Source: Xylographa opegraphella (lineage: Eukaryota). Taken from it: a stretch of 64,000 nucleotides of DNA. The notes under the pieces were generated by a model, which saw only the letters and a list, made by a program, of their open reading frames with translations, was not told the origin of the DNA and did no database searches. The position numbers and the translations under genes are program-made. Below are positions 35,493 through 47,020 of this stretch, piece after piece. Position 1 is the stretch's first letter, and every line of letters starts with the position of its first letter. The stretch covers positions 1-64,000 of the forward strand of contig JALDZX010000073.1 in assembly GCA_022813865.1 (NCBI GenBank). The letters run 5' to 3'.

Positions 35493-37389
35493 ATGGCGGT
35501 TCAAGGAGAATATAGCACGATTTATGTAGATGTTTTGATTGTTGGTGCTGGTCCAACGGCCTTGATGGCAGCTTCCTGCCTTACCAGATGTGGAGCTACA
35601 TTTCGGATCATCGAAAAGCGCCCCAAATGTACAAGGAGAGGTTACGCCAATTGTTTGTGAATTTTAGTTCTAGAGCTTATTTGGCTCTGGACTTTACTTA
35701 TGGACTGTAGGTCTACAGCCAAGAACGCAAGAAGTGCTGCAAATGCTGGGCCTTCGCTCAACCATAGCTGATAAGGCTGTCCGTGTGCGCGAAAATGCCG
35801 TATATAGCCGTGAGAGCACAGGCCAACTTCTACGAGAAAGTATTGGCCTCGATACATTGAGCCACACTTGTTATCCGTACTCCCTCGTGGTAGACCAAGG
35901 TGTCGTGGCAAATGCCCTTGAAGAGGATCTTCGAAGTTGGGGTCATATTGTGGACTACAATCATGAGCTAATGAATTATGTGATAAATACAGGCGACATC
36001 GACTTGTGGCACATTCGAGCTTATCTTAAGAATCATACTACTGGTGCTGTCGAGCTATGGCAAGCCGGATATATCCTGGGCTGTGATGGTGAAACTAGCA
36101 CAGTGAGAGGTGTCGCGGGTATTAGACTTGAAGATTATGGGGTCGAGAACGTGTGGGCAGTTGCGGATGTTGCCGCAGAGACTTCGTTTCCAGACATCAA
36201 GAGAAGATCTGTCGTGAAGTCGATCCATGGAAGTTGTATCCTTGGGCCCAGCATAGAAGACCGAGTCCGAATCATCTCTCCATTGACTCCAGCTTTTCTC
36301 GCCTCCATGACTCCGAGCGACTATTCCATGGGTGCTCACAGCTTACACGATCATAGGACTCACCCTACAACCTTGCTGAATTCTCTGCAGACACGCCTTA
36401 GCGCCGTACTAGCTCCGTGGGCCTTTGATATCAAAGGTGTCTTGTGGATCGCTCGATACCATAATAAGAAGCGCCTGGCAATCCGATTCAGCGATCCTGC
36501 CCACCGCGTCTTCCTTCTCGGTGATGCCTGCCACACACATAGTCCACTTACCAATCAAAGCGTGAACACCGGGATGATGGACGCCCACAATCTGAGCTGG
36601 AAACTGGCTCTTGTCCTCAGAGGCCTCGCATCACCATCACTTCTAGCCACGTATGAGACAGAGCGACGGTCCCTAGCACAGCGACTCATGAGGTTTGATG
36701 TTAAAGTCGACCAGATTATGTGCCCCCAATCAACCAGTCCCTCTGTGTACGAGGGTTTCCACGACTTCGAGGATGGCAACCATATTACCAGTGGCTGTGG
36801 TGTCCAATACTCTCCGGGCATGCTTGTGAAAGAGGAAGTGCGGTTATGGATTAAGAGCTCGTACGAATCGCTCAAACCTGGAAAGCGGCTCCTTCCGATG
36901 ACGCTGACACGCCACGTGGACGGCAATGAGGTCAACCTACTGGATGAGCTGCAGGCTGATGAGCGCTTCCACCTCGTCGTCTTTGCTGGCAATACATTCC
37001 TGTCGCCAGACTTTGTCTCGCTGTCGATGTACTTAGCCTCGGCCGATTCTCCACTGGCCGTCTTCACATCTCCACAGCTGGTGGGTCTTTCCCTGGTACA
37101 TACGTGCAACCACTTCGGCGTCTCAATCCAAGACCTACCCGATCCTTTCCCTCGGTGGCCTTATCGAGTGTACGAGGACCCCGGTGGCACAGCGTATGCT
37201 TCCGTAGGGGTCAACCCCAAGTTTGGAGTTCTGCTATTGGTGCGCCCGGACGGGCATGTGGCTGTGGTGACGAACCTAGATGATGGGAGAGGGATCATGG
37301 AATTCTTAAGAGGTTTCCTATTGGACACCAGGGTAGGCTCTCCGGGCGAAAGCACACCAAGGGCGAACGAGGACGGTATGAATATGTGA
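35493..37389 (+). CDS. FAD-dependent monooxygenase, phenol 2-monooxygenase-like, 2 exons
   Basis: DVLIVGAGPTAL, LQPRTQE, GCDG..STVR, RVFLLGDACHTHSP..Q..NTGMMDAHNLSWKLA and a C-terminal VRPDGHV thioredoxin-like domain. Intron at about 35653-35710. Confidence 0.9.
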
Positions 37390-38317
37390 AGAGGGAAGTT
37401 CTACGGGTAAGTGGAAGACTGGTATTTGCTATTTGCCCTAGCAAGTTGGCATTGCCTTTTGGCTCCGCAAGATGATGTTATTCAATCACCACGGGGAAAC
37501 TTAATTGACCGGACCAACCGGTCTCGACCCTGTGGAAGGATAACAAAATCTACAGATACATAGGATCGGTTGTTCAGCACTATGGATACGATCGTTCAGG
37601 CCATGAAGCCAAAGGGTACCAAGGACACCTCACGGGACTGTTCTTCAATCAGCACCTTAAACATTTCATAGACGCCAGGGTATCAAGTCAGGTACGCAGA
37701 CCGAGATACCCTGCCTATGTGCTATATTCACCTCGACCGATGCTCTTCCCGTGGGGGTTTTCCTTTACACTCATGTGTAAGCTGCTGAGTCACAAAAACA
37801 GCTGTTCGGCGGTGTCGGCGGAGTCGGTGGCTTCCGCAGCGGCAATCAAGCTCGTCCCGGATGACGACAGAGTCTCTGTTATCGCGAGAAAGGCGGGACG
37901 AGAAAGTGCAGCCAGGGGGTGGAGTGGAACAGCCCGATGGATACCCACAAGCAGCTTAGCGCATGCTCACGTGGGCACGCTAGGCCCGATCAAGCAGTTT
38001 CCCACGAGAGATAAGGGCTTGACCATTCACGTTGCACCTTGCACCTGGCTGCACGCTCCACATCGCTGTATCTGACCTGCATGCTGCTAACGCCGCAGAC
38101 GGGGATGAGCTGTTGGAAGATGCAAGATGCCCAGGCACCCATGACGAAGGTGTGTTTACACACGCAGTGCCCCACCAGCCTGCTCTCTTATTACCTCGGA
38201 GCTCCCCCCAGCCTCGCTCGAGCTCTTTTCTTTTTTGTCTCTCGTCAGTAAATTGACATCTTTCTGCTCAATTGAACTACTCGTTCCTGTTCGTGCTTGT
38301 GTAGAGCTTCAGTCGTC

Positions 38318-39657
38318 ATGTTTTCCGTCAGTACTGCGAGTATGCTGTTTGCCTCGACCGTGCTACTCGGATTGACTGCTGCGAGCCCCGTGATCCCGCT
38401 CGAGGCAACGGCGCAACCGTTGGAGAAGCGTGACTATGTGATCTCTCCGAAAATCATGATTGTGAACATGGTATGTATCAAAGCCTCAATGAGCTTCACG
38501 GCGTCCGTTGACCCTTCCGGCGCAGTTCAGCTACGAGCAAGACGCCTGGTATAGGATCCCCGAGTTCGACCTCCTCGCGCAGAACATCACTGTCCCGGGG
38601 CTCTCGCCCCTCTACCCAGACGTGCACTGCACTCTCTCCAACGACATCTGCCAGATTGTGACCGGCGAGAGCGGTAAGTCCTACCATGCCCCTTTCTCAC
38701 TGCGCGCTCACTCATCTGCCACCCGCAGAAATCAACGCTGCCTCCACTATGTCCGCACTCGTATACTCGCCTCTCTTCAACCTCACGCACACCTACTTCT
38801 TTATCGCCGGCATCGCCGGCATCAACCCCGAAGTCGCCACTCTCGGTAGCGTCACATTCGCCAAGTACGCCGTGCAGGTCGCTCTGCAGTACGAGTTCGA
38901 TGCGCGGGAGATCCCCGCCAACTTTTCCACCGGCTACGTCCCACAAGGTAGCACCTCCCCCTCCGAGTACCCGCAGTCCATCTACGGCACCGAAGTCTTC
39001 GAGGTCAGCGACTCCCTACGACAGATGGCCATCGGCTTCGCACAGACGGCCGCGCTCAACGACAGCGCCGCCGCGATGGCCTACCGCGCGCACTACGCCG
39101 CCACCGCGGCCTACCAAGCCGGCAGCCAGGCCCCCAGTGTCGTCGCCTGCGACGTCGCCACCTCGGACGTCTACTACAGCGGCGCACTGCTCTCGGAGGC
39201 CTTCGGCAACTTCACCTCGCTCGTGACCAACGGCAGCGCCGTGTACTGCACCACCGCGCAGGAGGACAACGCCACGCTCGAGGCGCTCCTGCGCGGCGCG
39301 CTGCACAACCTCACCGACTTCGCGCGCATCGTCGTCATGCGCACGGCGTCCGACTTCGACCGCCCCTACGCGGGCGAGGCCGATACCGAGAACCTCTTCT
39401 ACGCCGACCAGGGCGGCTTCGAGCCCGCGATCAAGAATATCTACCTCGCGGGCATCAAGGTCGTCGAGGGCATATTGGCCGGCTGGGAGAGCACTTTCGA
39501 GGTCGGGGTCAAGCCCGCGAATTATATCGGGGATATCTTTGGCACGTTGGGGGGGAGTCCCGATTTCGGGCCTGGCAGCGTGTTTAATAATAATCCGGTG
39601 ATGACGAGGAGGAAGAGGGGGTTGGGGAAGAGGGCCGCTGTCGGGGTGGGGCGGTGA
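38318..39657 (+). CDS. Purine nucleoside permease (NUP) family protein, secreted-type, 3 exons
   Basis: Signal peptide plus an EKR site. Motifs TGES|EINAAST, YFFIAGIAGINP, LQYEFDARE, YCTTAQEDNA and MRTASDFDRP. Confidence 0.88.
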
Positions 39658-40062
39658 GTGGCAATGGGTAAGGGGGGAGCTGGGTGGGTGTGGGGATATT
39701 TATAGATAGCTGGGATGGAGAAGTGGTAAAATGGTTCGTGGATAGATTTTTCGTAGGTTATGGATGAGTGAATGCCTGATGGCCGATGTCTTTGATGCTG
39801 GAGCTTGTACTTAAACGAGCGGATGCTTAAAACTTCGACTTTGGTAGCACTGTGTTCGTCCTGCTGGTTCTCTGGAGCTTGAGTCTTCGTATTTGAGAAG
39901 GCGTGCATTTATATTTGATGTTATATTATTGATCCTCCACGAGCTTTGACGGATGTTTTCCTTGCATATACAGTTTCACAGCACGTGATCGACACAGGAA
40001 CTTGACTACCACCACAGCGCACGTGCAGACAACGTTCCATAGCTTTCCCAACCCCCGAATCC

Positions 40063-41207
40063 TCAATACTTCTGCTTCGACGTCCAGCCCGTACCCTACA
40101 GCCACAGCATCAGTGATATACCACCAATCGCCGCACCGGATCGACTTACATTCCCCAGCAGCGCCTGCCCCTTCGCCAGCGACCTGCTGGGCTCCTCGCC
40201 CATCCACTGCGGCTCCAAGCGGTTGATGTTGTCCTCTACCTCCCAGGCGCGCCCGCCCTCGACGTACATGGCCTTGCCGTTCAGCCCTTCGGAGCGCGTC
40301 ACGTCCAGGATCACCTTGGCGACGTGGACCGGCTGGTTGACGGGCAGGTCCGCTCTGTACCACTCTTCTTCGATGCCGGCCACGATGGCCGTCGCGGTCA
40401 TCCATGGGCAGATGGCGTTCACACGGATGTTGCAGGCTACGGGGAGGTAGGGGCGGAGGGTGCGCATGAGGCCGAGGACGCCGTGCTTGGCAGCCTTGAA
40501 GCTCGGTTAGGAGGGCGCGATGTGAGGGGTGGTGGCGGTGGCATACTTGGTAGACGAATAGCCCGGGGCTTTCCTTGAACCCGGCGACCGATGATAAGAG
40601 CGTCAAGCTCTTGTCCTCGCCTTCTTTACGGTTCTGGCGCAGGTACACGGAAGCGACGCGGGCGAAGTAGAGCACACCGAGCAGGTTGACGTCTAGGACC
40701 GCCTTTGTGGGAACCTGGATATTCATGCGGTTAGTCTGGGATATCTCCGAGTTGTTGCAGCTTCGCTATTGATCGACTCGCCTTCTCGACGCTTTCCATT
40801 GTCAACGCAGGATCGAACCAGTTCCCTTGCTCGACGATCCCGGCAATACTCATGGCGTGGTCCACCTTCCCGAACGTCTCGTACGCCGTCTTGAACAGGG
40901 CAAGGTTGTCCTCGTACTTCGATACGTCCGTCTTCATGAAAAGCACCTCTTGCGACCTAATCTCCTCGACGAGAAGTTCGCCGTTCTTGGTATCCATATC
41001 TCCGAAGACGACGCTCGCGCCCGCTTCGAACAGCAACCGGACCGTAGCCGCCCCAATGCCATTGGCACCGCCTGCGAGCAGAGAGTCAGTACGAGAACTA
41101 CGGCGGTGAAAGACGGTTGTCGCAGGAGGACGGTACATGCCCGTCAAGACTACCACCTTGCCCCTCAGATTAGCGAGCGATTCCTGTGATGGGGCGAATC
41201 GAGACAT
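40063..41207 (-). CDS. Short-chain dehydrogenase/reductase (15-hydroxyprostaglandin dehydrogenase-like), 5 exons
   Basis: VVVLT|GGANGIG, DVNLLG, SVAG, YQ|AAKHG and IRVNAICPW. Last exon GTGWTSKQKY*. One GC-AG intron at 40715-40781. Confidence 0.9.
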
Positions 41208-41694
41208 CTTGCGCAGCAGCTGGAGGACGGAGGGTCAAGAACAGCGTCATGTCTCGAGGACTATTAGCGGAGACAGTGAATGTTGTGTCTCAATGCCGTG
41301 GGGCAGACACCATTCACACTGCCCCGCAATCGTCGGGCCATACAATCAGGTAGACCCCGCATTTGCATGGCGTGAATTGATGGAGAAAGGAGAATGGAGA
41401 TCGGCGAGCATCTCGGCAATAAGCGCACTCTGCAAGTGAAACCTGAGGCGCTTCCAGATGAGGTTAGGCTGTCGAGCGCTTTGAAGCTCTCCATTGGAAG
41501 CTGCCAAGCCCCGGTGTTTCAAGCTTTGTGTTGATATCCGATGATTGTCTATTGATCGGGGTTTGTTGCTAGTCGGTGTTTGTTATCTCTATTCGTAGGA
41601 CATAGTCATGTCAGATATGTCATGCACCAAGTCCCCACTCCGTTCGGACTGTCCTTTCCTACCCGCCTGAACTGTCCTGGAAACTCCAGACAGC

Positions 41695-43786
41695 ATGGCA
41701 GCGCCCGAGAATGAAGCTATGTCTATAATCCCTTACCCATCAAGTCGCGAGATTATTCTGTAGGTGTGATCTAGTTTTGTCCAGCATGAAATCAATCGCT
41801 GACTTCTGCTGAAGCCGTCACAAGGAATCCATCGTTGTCTACGACCCAGAATCAAAACAACTCGTGGTTCGGAATACCTCACCAGAGAACAAACTTGATG
41901 TTACAGAATGCCCGTACTGCCACCGACCGCTACGAGACGTAAACGGCAACGCTGGTGATGCGGAGCATCGTACTGGTCATAGTACTACGGCGAGCTTTGC
42001 CAGTCCCGAATACTTCCGCATGCTCCATCACAGCTTGCCTGGATCCGAAGATTCATCCCGTCCACCATCACCATTGCGGCGCTTGACTCATGCTTTTACT
42101 TCTCCTAGAAGTCCTCCAGTTTACCCATCGGCCGATGCGGAGTTTGTTGGAAGCTCACCCGCACTGCCTCCTTCATCCCATGGGATTTCATCAACCGCAT
42201 TCAGTCCCAATTACTTCAAGAAATTCTTCATCGAAGAGCGCGAATTAGGAAGGGGGGGCAAGGGAGTTGTGCTCTTGGTAAAACATGTATTGGATGGAGT
42301 ATCTTTAGGGCACTTTGCGTTGAAGAGAATACCAGTGGGAGATGATCATGAATGGTTGGAAAAGGTTCTCATCGAAGTACAATTGCTCCAGCATCTCTCA
42401 CATCAGAATCTGGTTTCTTATCGCCACGTCTGGTTGGAGGACGTTCAGATATCTCATTTCGGGCCTTCAATACCGTGCGCCTTCGTTCTACAACAATATT
42501 GCAACAAGGGCGATCTTCTCAACTACATTTGCCAGTCAATGAAGACAAGATCCACTACCGAAGACCTAAAGCAGAGGATACGACGGCAATCAAAAAACGA
42601 ACCGGAGCCTCCAAAGGATCTGCACGGACCTCGGAAGCTGAGCTTCGAAGAGATCTATTCCTTTTTCAGGGACATCACGTCTGGTCTCAACCATCTTCAT
42701 GTCAATGGCTACATACATCGAGATCTCAAACCAAGCAATTGTCTCTTGCATGAAACAGGTCAAGAGATTAGGGTACTTGTCAGTGACTTTGGAGAAGTTC
42801 AAGCTGAGCATATGACTCGTCGTGCAACCGGGGCTACAGGAACGGTATCATTCTGTGCTCCAGAAGTACTCAGGATCGAGCAGTCTACTGGTACTTTCGG
42901 CAACTTCACTGCCAAATCCGATATCTTCTCTTTGGGAATGATCCTTTACTTTCTGTGTTTTGCTCAACTTCCCTACCGGTATGCCGACACGCTGAACGAA
43001 GAAAACGAAGACGTCGATCTTCTCAGAGAAGAGATTGCGACCTGGTCTGGACTAGAAGATCAGAGAAGCGTTCGTCCAGACTTACCGGACAAGTTATACA
43101 GGTTCTTGCGACGCCTGCTTTCATTAAATCCGCACGACAGACCGTCTGCCGAGGATATTCTCCAAGGGATCAGGACAGGATCAGGACTGGACGAACCTCG
43201 AGAGACAAGTCCTCGATCGGCCGGACATGTATTTGAAGAGGTCCGGAATACCTCACGGATATTGCCCGTTGATAGCCCCTCAGCGGGAAGTCCCATGCCA
43301 CAACGTGTAAACACACCAAGGGCGTTGACGACTATGGGGCGGCAAGGGCCTCCTGGAAGGCTTCGTCTGTCGTCATTCTCCAAAGGCCGAAGGAATTCTT
43401 CCGTCATCGGGGAAGATGACGATACAATAGCTGGCAGTCCTGGAGGGAGTCTGGTCTTACGGTCGACTCATTCATCGCCTGTCAAGATTTCGGAATCGCC
43501 TCCTATGTTTCCCACTCCGCGAATGGCTAACGTGCCGAATCCTAATACGCTCCTATCGCTAAAAGTCGTGTTTCTTCTTCTCAAGGTACTTTCAGTCAAT
43601 TATCTGTGTAATCCATATGCTGCGAACCCCACGGTGGCGTTGCCCTTGCTGGGACTAGCAGTTTCCGATATCCTCCTGAATGACTTGGGGCTTTATGTCT
43701 CCTTCATACTTATAGCTTTACACGTCGTTACGGTCTATGGCGCTTACATCAATGGAGGTTTATGTTACGAAAAGCTATCGCTTTGA
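41695..43786 (+). CDS. IKS1: IKS1-family Ser/Thr kinase with C-terminal hydrophobic helices, 2 exons
   Basis: ELGRGGKGVV, ALKRIPVGDDHEWLEKVLIEV, HRDLKPSN, SDFGE and TGTVSFCAPE. N-terminal CPYC. Intron at about 41760-41814. Confidence 0.88.
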
Positions 43787-44213
43787 ATGTTATGTATTTA
43801 TGATACCCACTAAGTCAAGCAGCATTTAATGACTTAATTTTTTATTCAAATTTATTCATTAGACAAAATTCATAGGTTCCTAGATAAACGTTCTAGAGTG
43901 CCACAAATGGTTATCCAGCTGTTTCCCTGTGCCGTGCAATTGATACCAGCATTCATTTTTCAAATTGATCTGTAATGATGCTCGTTCCTTCTCACGATGT
44001 GATAAGTCTTGTGAGAACTCTACAAGCCCTTCTCTGCGTCCGCTGTCGAACCACATTTGAAAAAGCTTGCAAATTGGACACTCTCCAATGGAAAAGAATC
44101 AATTCATGTTGTTTCCCCTCATATTTCTCTCCATTTGTCAAAGGGCCACTCGATCATATCTACAGCTGCCCTACTCCCGACACTCTATGCAAGCAGACAT
44201 GAACACCTATTAC

Positions 44214-44695
44214 TCATGTTCCACGTGCAAAAATGCCTTCCATATACTCAAGAGCCAGAGCAGATTTGATCCAGGGATCATCACTCACGAATACGGCTGG
44301 GAAGTATTCAAGGGGTCGAGCGCTACGACCGGCCAGCATGCGCAGAAATACCAGAATGGAAAGGTGATGATGCTTATAGTTCGTCTGGCTATAGGTGCGG
44401 TCCACCCGGTTGGGTGTACACAACTTTTTCACTACTGACCAGAAGACTATCAACCTCCACTCTGATATGTCTGCTGCTCTGCTTTTTGCCATCTTCCCTC
44501 GTGAACTTTGCTGATGATATGGATATGGCTTTGCGTCCATCAGTTAGCGATACTGTGTGAGCGGCTTTCGGGATGAGGATTAGTTTTGCGGATGGCGATC
44601 TTGCTTGTTTGTCTGCCTCTACGATTAGGTTGATGATCACGCCGCCAGTGCTGACGGAGCTCGTTTTGGCGGTCTCTGGAGTGGATGGCTCATTG
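44214..44695 (-). pseudogene. Possible degenerate gene fragment
   Basis: Two overlapping protein-like ORFs in different frames between IKS1 and COX10. No clear start or domain. Confidence 0.15.
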
Positions 44696-44859
44696 CTTGC
44701 TTGGTTTCACGGCAATTCCTGAAGCAGGTTATGCAATAAACTGATTTGGAGCGACGCTATCCACAATCCGATTCAGATTGGTGCTCAAACCCCAGCGCCC
44801 AAATTCTAGCTTCGCCGTGCGACTCGTTGCGTGTCTCTAAAAGAGGTATTCCTGTCCAT

Positions 44860-46413
44860 TCAAGTTCTTGCGGCAGTTGAGGGAGGAGTGGGAGATATTC
44901 TGCCCGGCTCGCCTTCCAATTCGTCCTCCTCACCATCCCATATATCATGCCTGTCGTCCTCGTCCCCAAACGTGCGCCTCCAAATGCCCTCCCACAAACC
45001 CTGCTTATGCGCCATCGCCAAAACCATCACGACAGGCAGATGCCAAACACTGGCCCAGAACAGGCCCCTCGCACTGCCTTTCTGCCCCTCCTTCCTCCAG
45101 AACTTCCACGCCTCCCGCACCATCCATGCATTGACGACGGTGCTGGTGACGAGGAAGCCTCTGTCCGTCACTCCGCACCACGTGAGGCCGAAGCAGATTG
45201 GGATGAAGAGCAGCGAGTACCGCAGCGCCACACGGCCATTCATCTTGGTGTTCGTCCACGCCAGCATGCGGAATCCCGCGTTCTTGTATTCCTCGCGGAT
45301 CGTCCAGCTCAGCGCGTTGAAGTGGGGGAACTGCCATGCGAAAAGAAGCGCGGCGAGCAGCCACCCTCCAGCATTTTCCTCTCCCAACAGCAGTTCTTTC
45401 CATTCTCCACTACCGGCGGCGCTCTGCCCTGCAGCTGCAGCCCAGCCCATCAGAGGTGGGATACTGCCTACTATCGCCCCCACCCAGGTATTGAGCACGG
45501 AGATGCGCTTCATGGGTGTGTATACTCCTGCGTAGAGAAATATGGTAAACCCACCTAGGAAGGCCACGGTAGGGTTTACTCCGAACCATAGTCCCCCAAC
45601 TCCGAGGATGCCTGCCATCGTAGCGAATACGAGTGCGCCTTTTTTTGTTATAAGGCCTCTGACCAAGGGGCGGTTCCGTGTGCGGCTCATCTTCGCATCG
45701 TGTTGGGGTTCCATGAGCATATTGAAGGCATTCGCGGACGCTGAGCAGAGTCCTGTCCCAGCCGTGAGGAACACAAGTGTGAGAGCTGAAAGTGACGGGG
45801 CGATTGTTGTGGATGAAAGAAGTACAGCTGGTACTGGGTAAAGGGAGTAGGCTGTGGCGGTTGTAAGAACCATTAGAAACGAGAGACGTGGTTTAGAAAG
45901 GGCGAGATATGTAGTCAGTCGACGGCGAAGAGATGTGGCCGGAAGGTTGGTGGATATTGCTGATAACTGTGAGGAGGCATCGAGAGGCATTGTAGTCTCT
46001 ATATCCCCTGGTATAGTAGCTACTGCTGGTTTTTGTATCTTCCGACGGTCAAGCAGATCAGAAATATGGTGGTCTTGCGGCACTATTGCCTCGGACTCTT
46101 CAGAGGTATGCTGTCCTGAGATTGTTGTAAGCGGCGACGGAGCCTTTGACAACTGCTTTATCCCGGAGATCCTCCATAAAGAACGCCCAGCTAGGTCAGC
46201 AGAAGTCCCAAGAACTCCGTTGGCAGAGAAGTATTCCCTTCGGAAGCTTCGGCGTCGAGATATCCGAGTAGCAGAGCGCTCTAGGTTCGAAAGCGGAGGC
46301 GCAAATGACTTCTGAGCGGCAATGGGCTGAGATGCATATGATCGCACCCAGCAACGGAGACAAACCGACTCGTAAGCTATACCGCTCGATGCCAGTCTCC
46401 TCCTGGCGGACAT
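44860..46413 (-). CDS. COX10: Protoheme IX farnesyltransferase (heme O synthase), mitochondrial
   Basis: YLALSKPRL, DAKMSRTRNRPLVRG, YTPMKR, NTWVGAIVGSIPPLMGW, WQFPHFNALS and EYKNAG. ATG at 46413 is preferred over the ORF-track start. Confidence 0.95.
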   Translation of the reverse strand: MSARRRLASSGIAYESVCLRCWVRSYASQPIAAQKSFAPPLSNLERSATRISRRRSFRREYFSANGVLGTSADLAGRSLWRISGIKQLSKAPSPLTTISGQHTSEESEAIVPQDHHISDLLDRRKIQKPAVATIPGDIETTMPLDASSQLSAISTNLPATSLRRRLTTYLALSKPRLSFLMVLTTATAYSLYPVPAVLLSSTTIAPSLSALTLVFLTAGTGLCSASANAFNMLMEPQHDAKMSRTRNRPLVRGLITKKGALVFATMAGILGVGGLWFGVNPTVAFLGGFTIFLYAGVYTPMKRISVLNTWVGAIVGSIPPLMGWAAAAGQSAAGSGEWKELLLGEENAGGWLLAALLFAWQFPHFNALSWTIREEYKNAGFRMLAWTNTKMNGRVALRYSLLFIPICFGLTWCGVTDRGFLVTSTVVNAWMVREAWKFWRKEGQKGSARGLFWASVWHLPVVMVLAMAHKQGLWEGIWRRTFGDEDDRHDIWDGEEDELEGEPGRISPTPPSTAART

Positions 46414-47020
46414 CACGATCACAGAGGCGTGGCTATCTCTGGTTTGGAATCCTCGCGCCCTCGGCCAAAGAGAAGTCTTCAGAAATAAGCTAGTCGTGGA
46501 TGTGAGATAGAATAGCTTACCCTGCGATGAAACTACAAATTCATTATAGACCCAGACAAAGCACTCCACAACGCCCTGGAATTGCTTGCTGAAGCCGTCC
46601 TGGAAACGACAAAACAGAGATCGTTGGGCAATATGTATAGGAGCAAAACCTTTAGCAGCTGATGGAATCGTGTGTGACCTCCCCGAGATATCTATGACAC
46701 TAACGAGCTGGAAGAATACACCCCTTAACTATTATGGCACTTCAATCACACATGTCTGCCACGAACTTTGCTCTATCATTCAATGTAGTTGCACCATCAG
46801 TTACCGAGATCATCGTAGTCACAGTCCTATGAAAAATCTGGCGAAAATAGCCTGTTTCTGAATCAAGTAATATGGAGTAAGATATTACAAATTGAGTGTG
46901 TGCATATGTTAAGCTGAAGAAGCCGAGAATGCAGACCTACATTCCTCTCTGGGTATCATGAATGTAAAGTATAATCCAAAAAAAATAACCGCCTCCCATG
47001 ACCTTGTAAACTGAAAACCC

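Noticed and set aside
37400..38317. TPP riboswitch upstream of the nucleoside permease
   Set aside because: No CUGAGA or GAUAAUACCAGCG aptamer motifs.
35493..41207. Secondary-metabolite cluster (monooxygenase, NUP, SDR)
   Set aside because: No backbone enzyme, cluster transcription factor or transporter.
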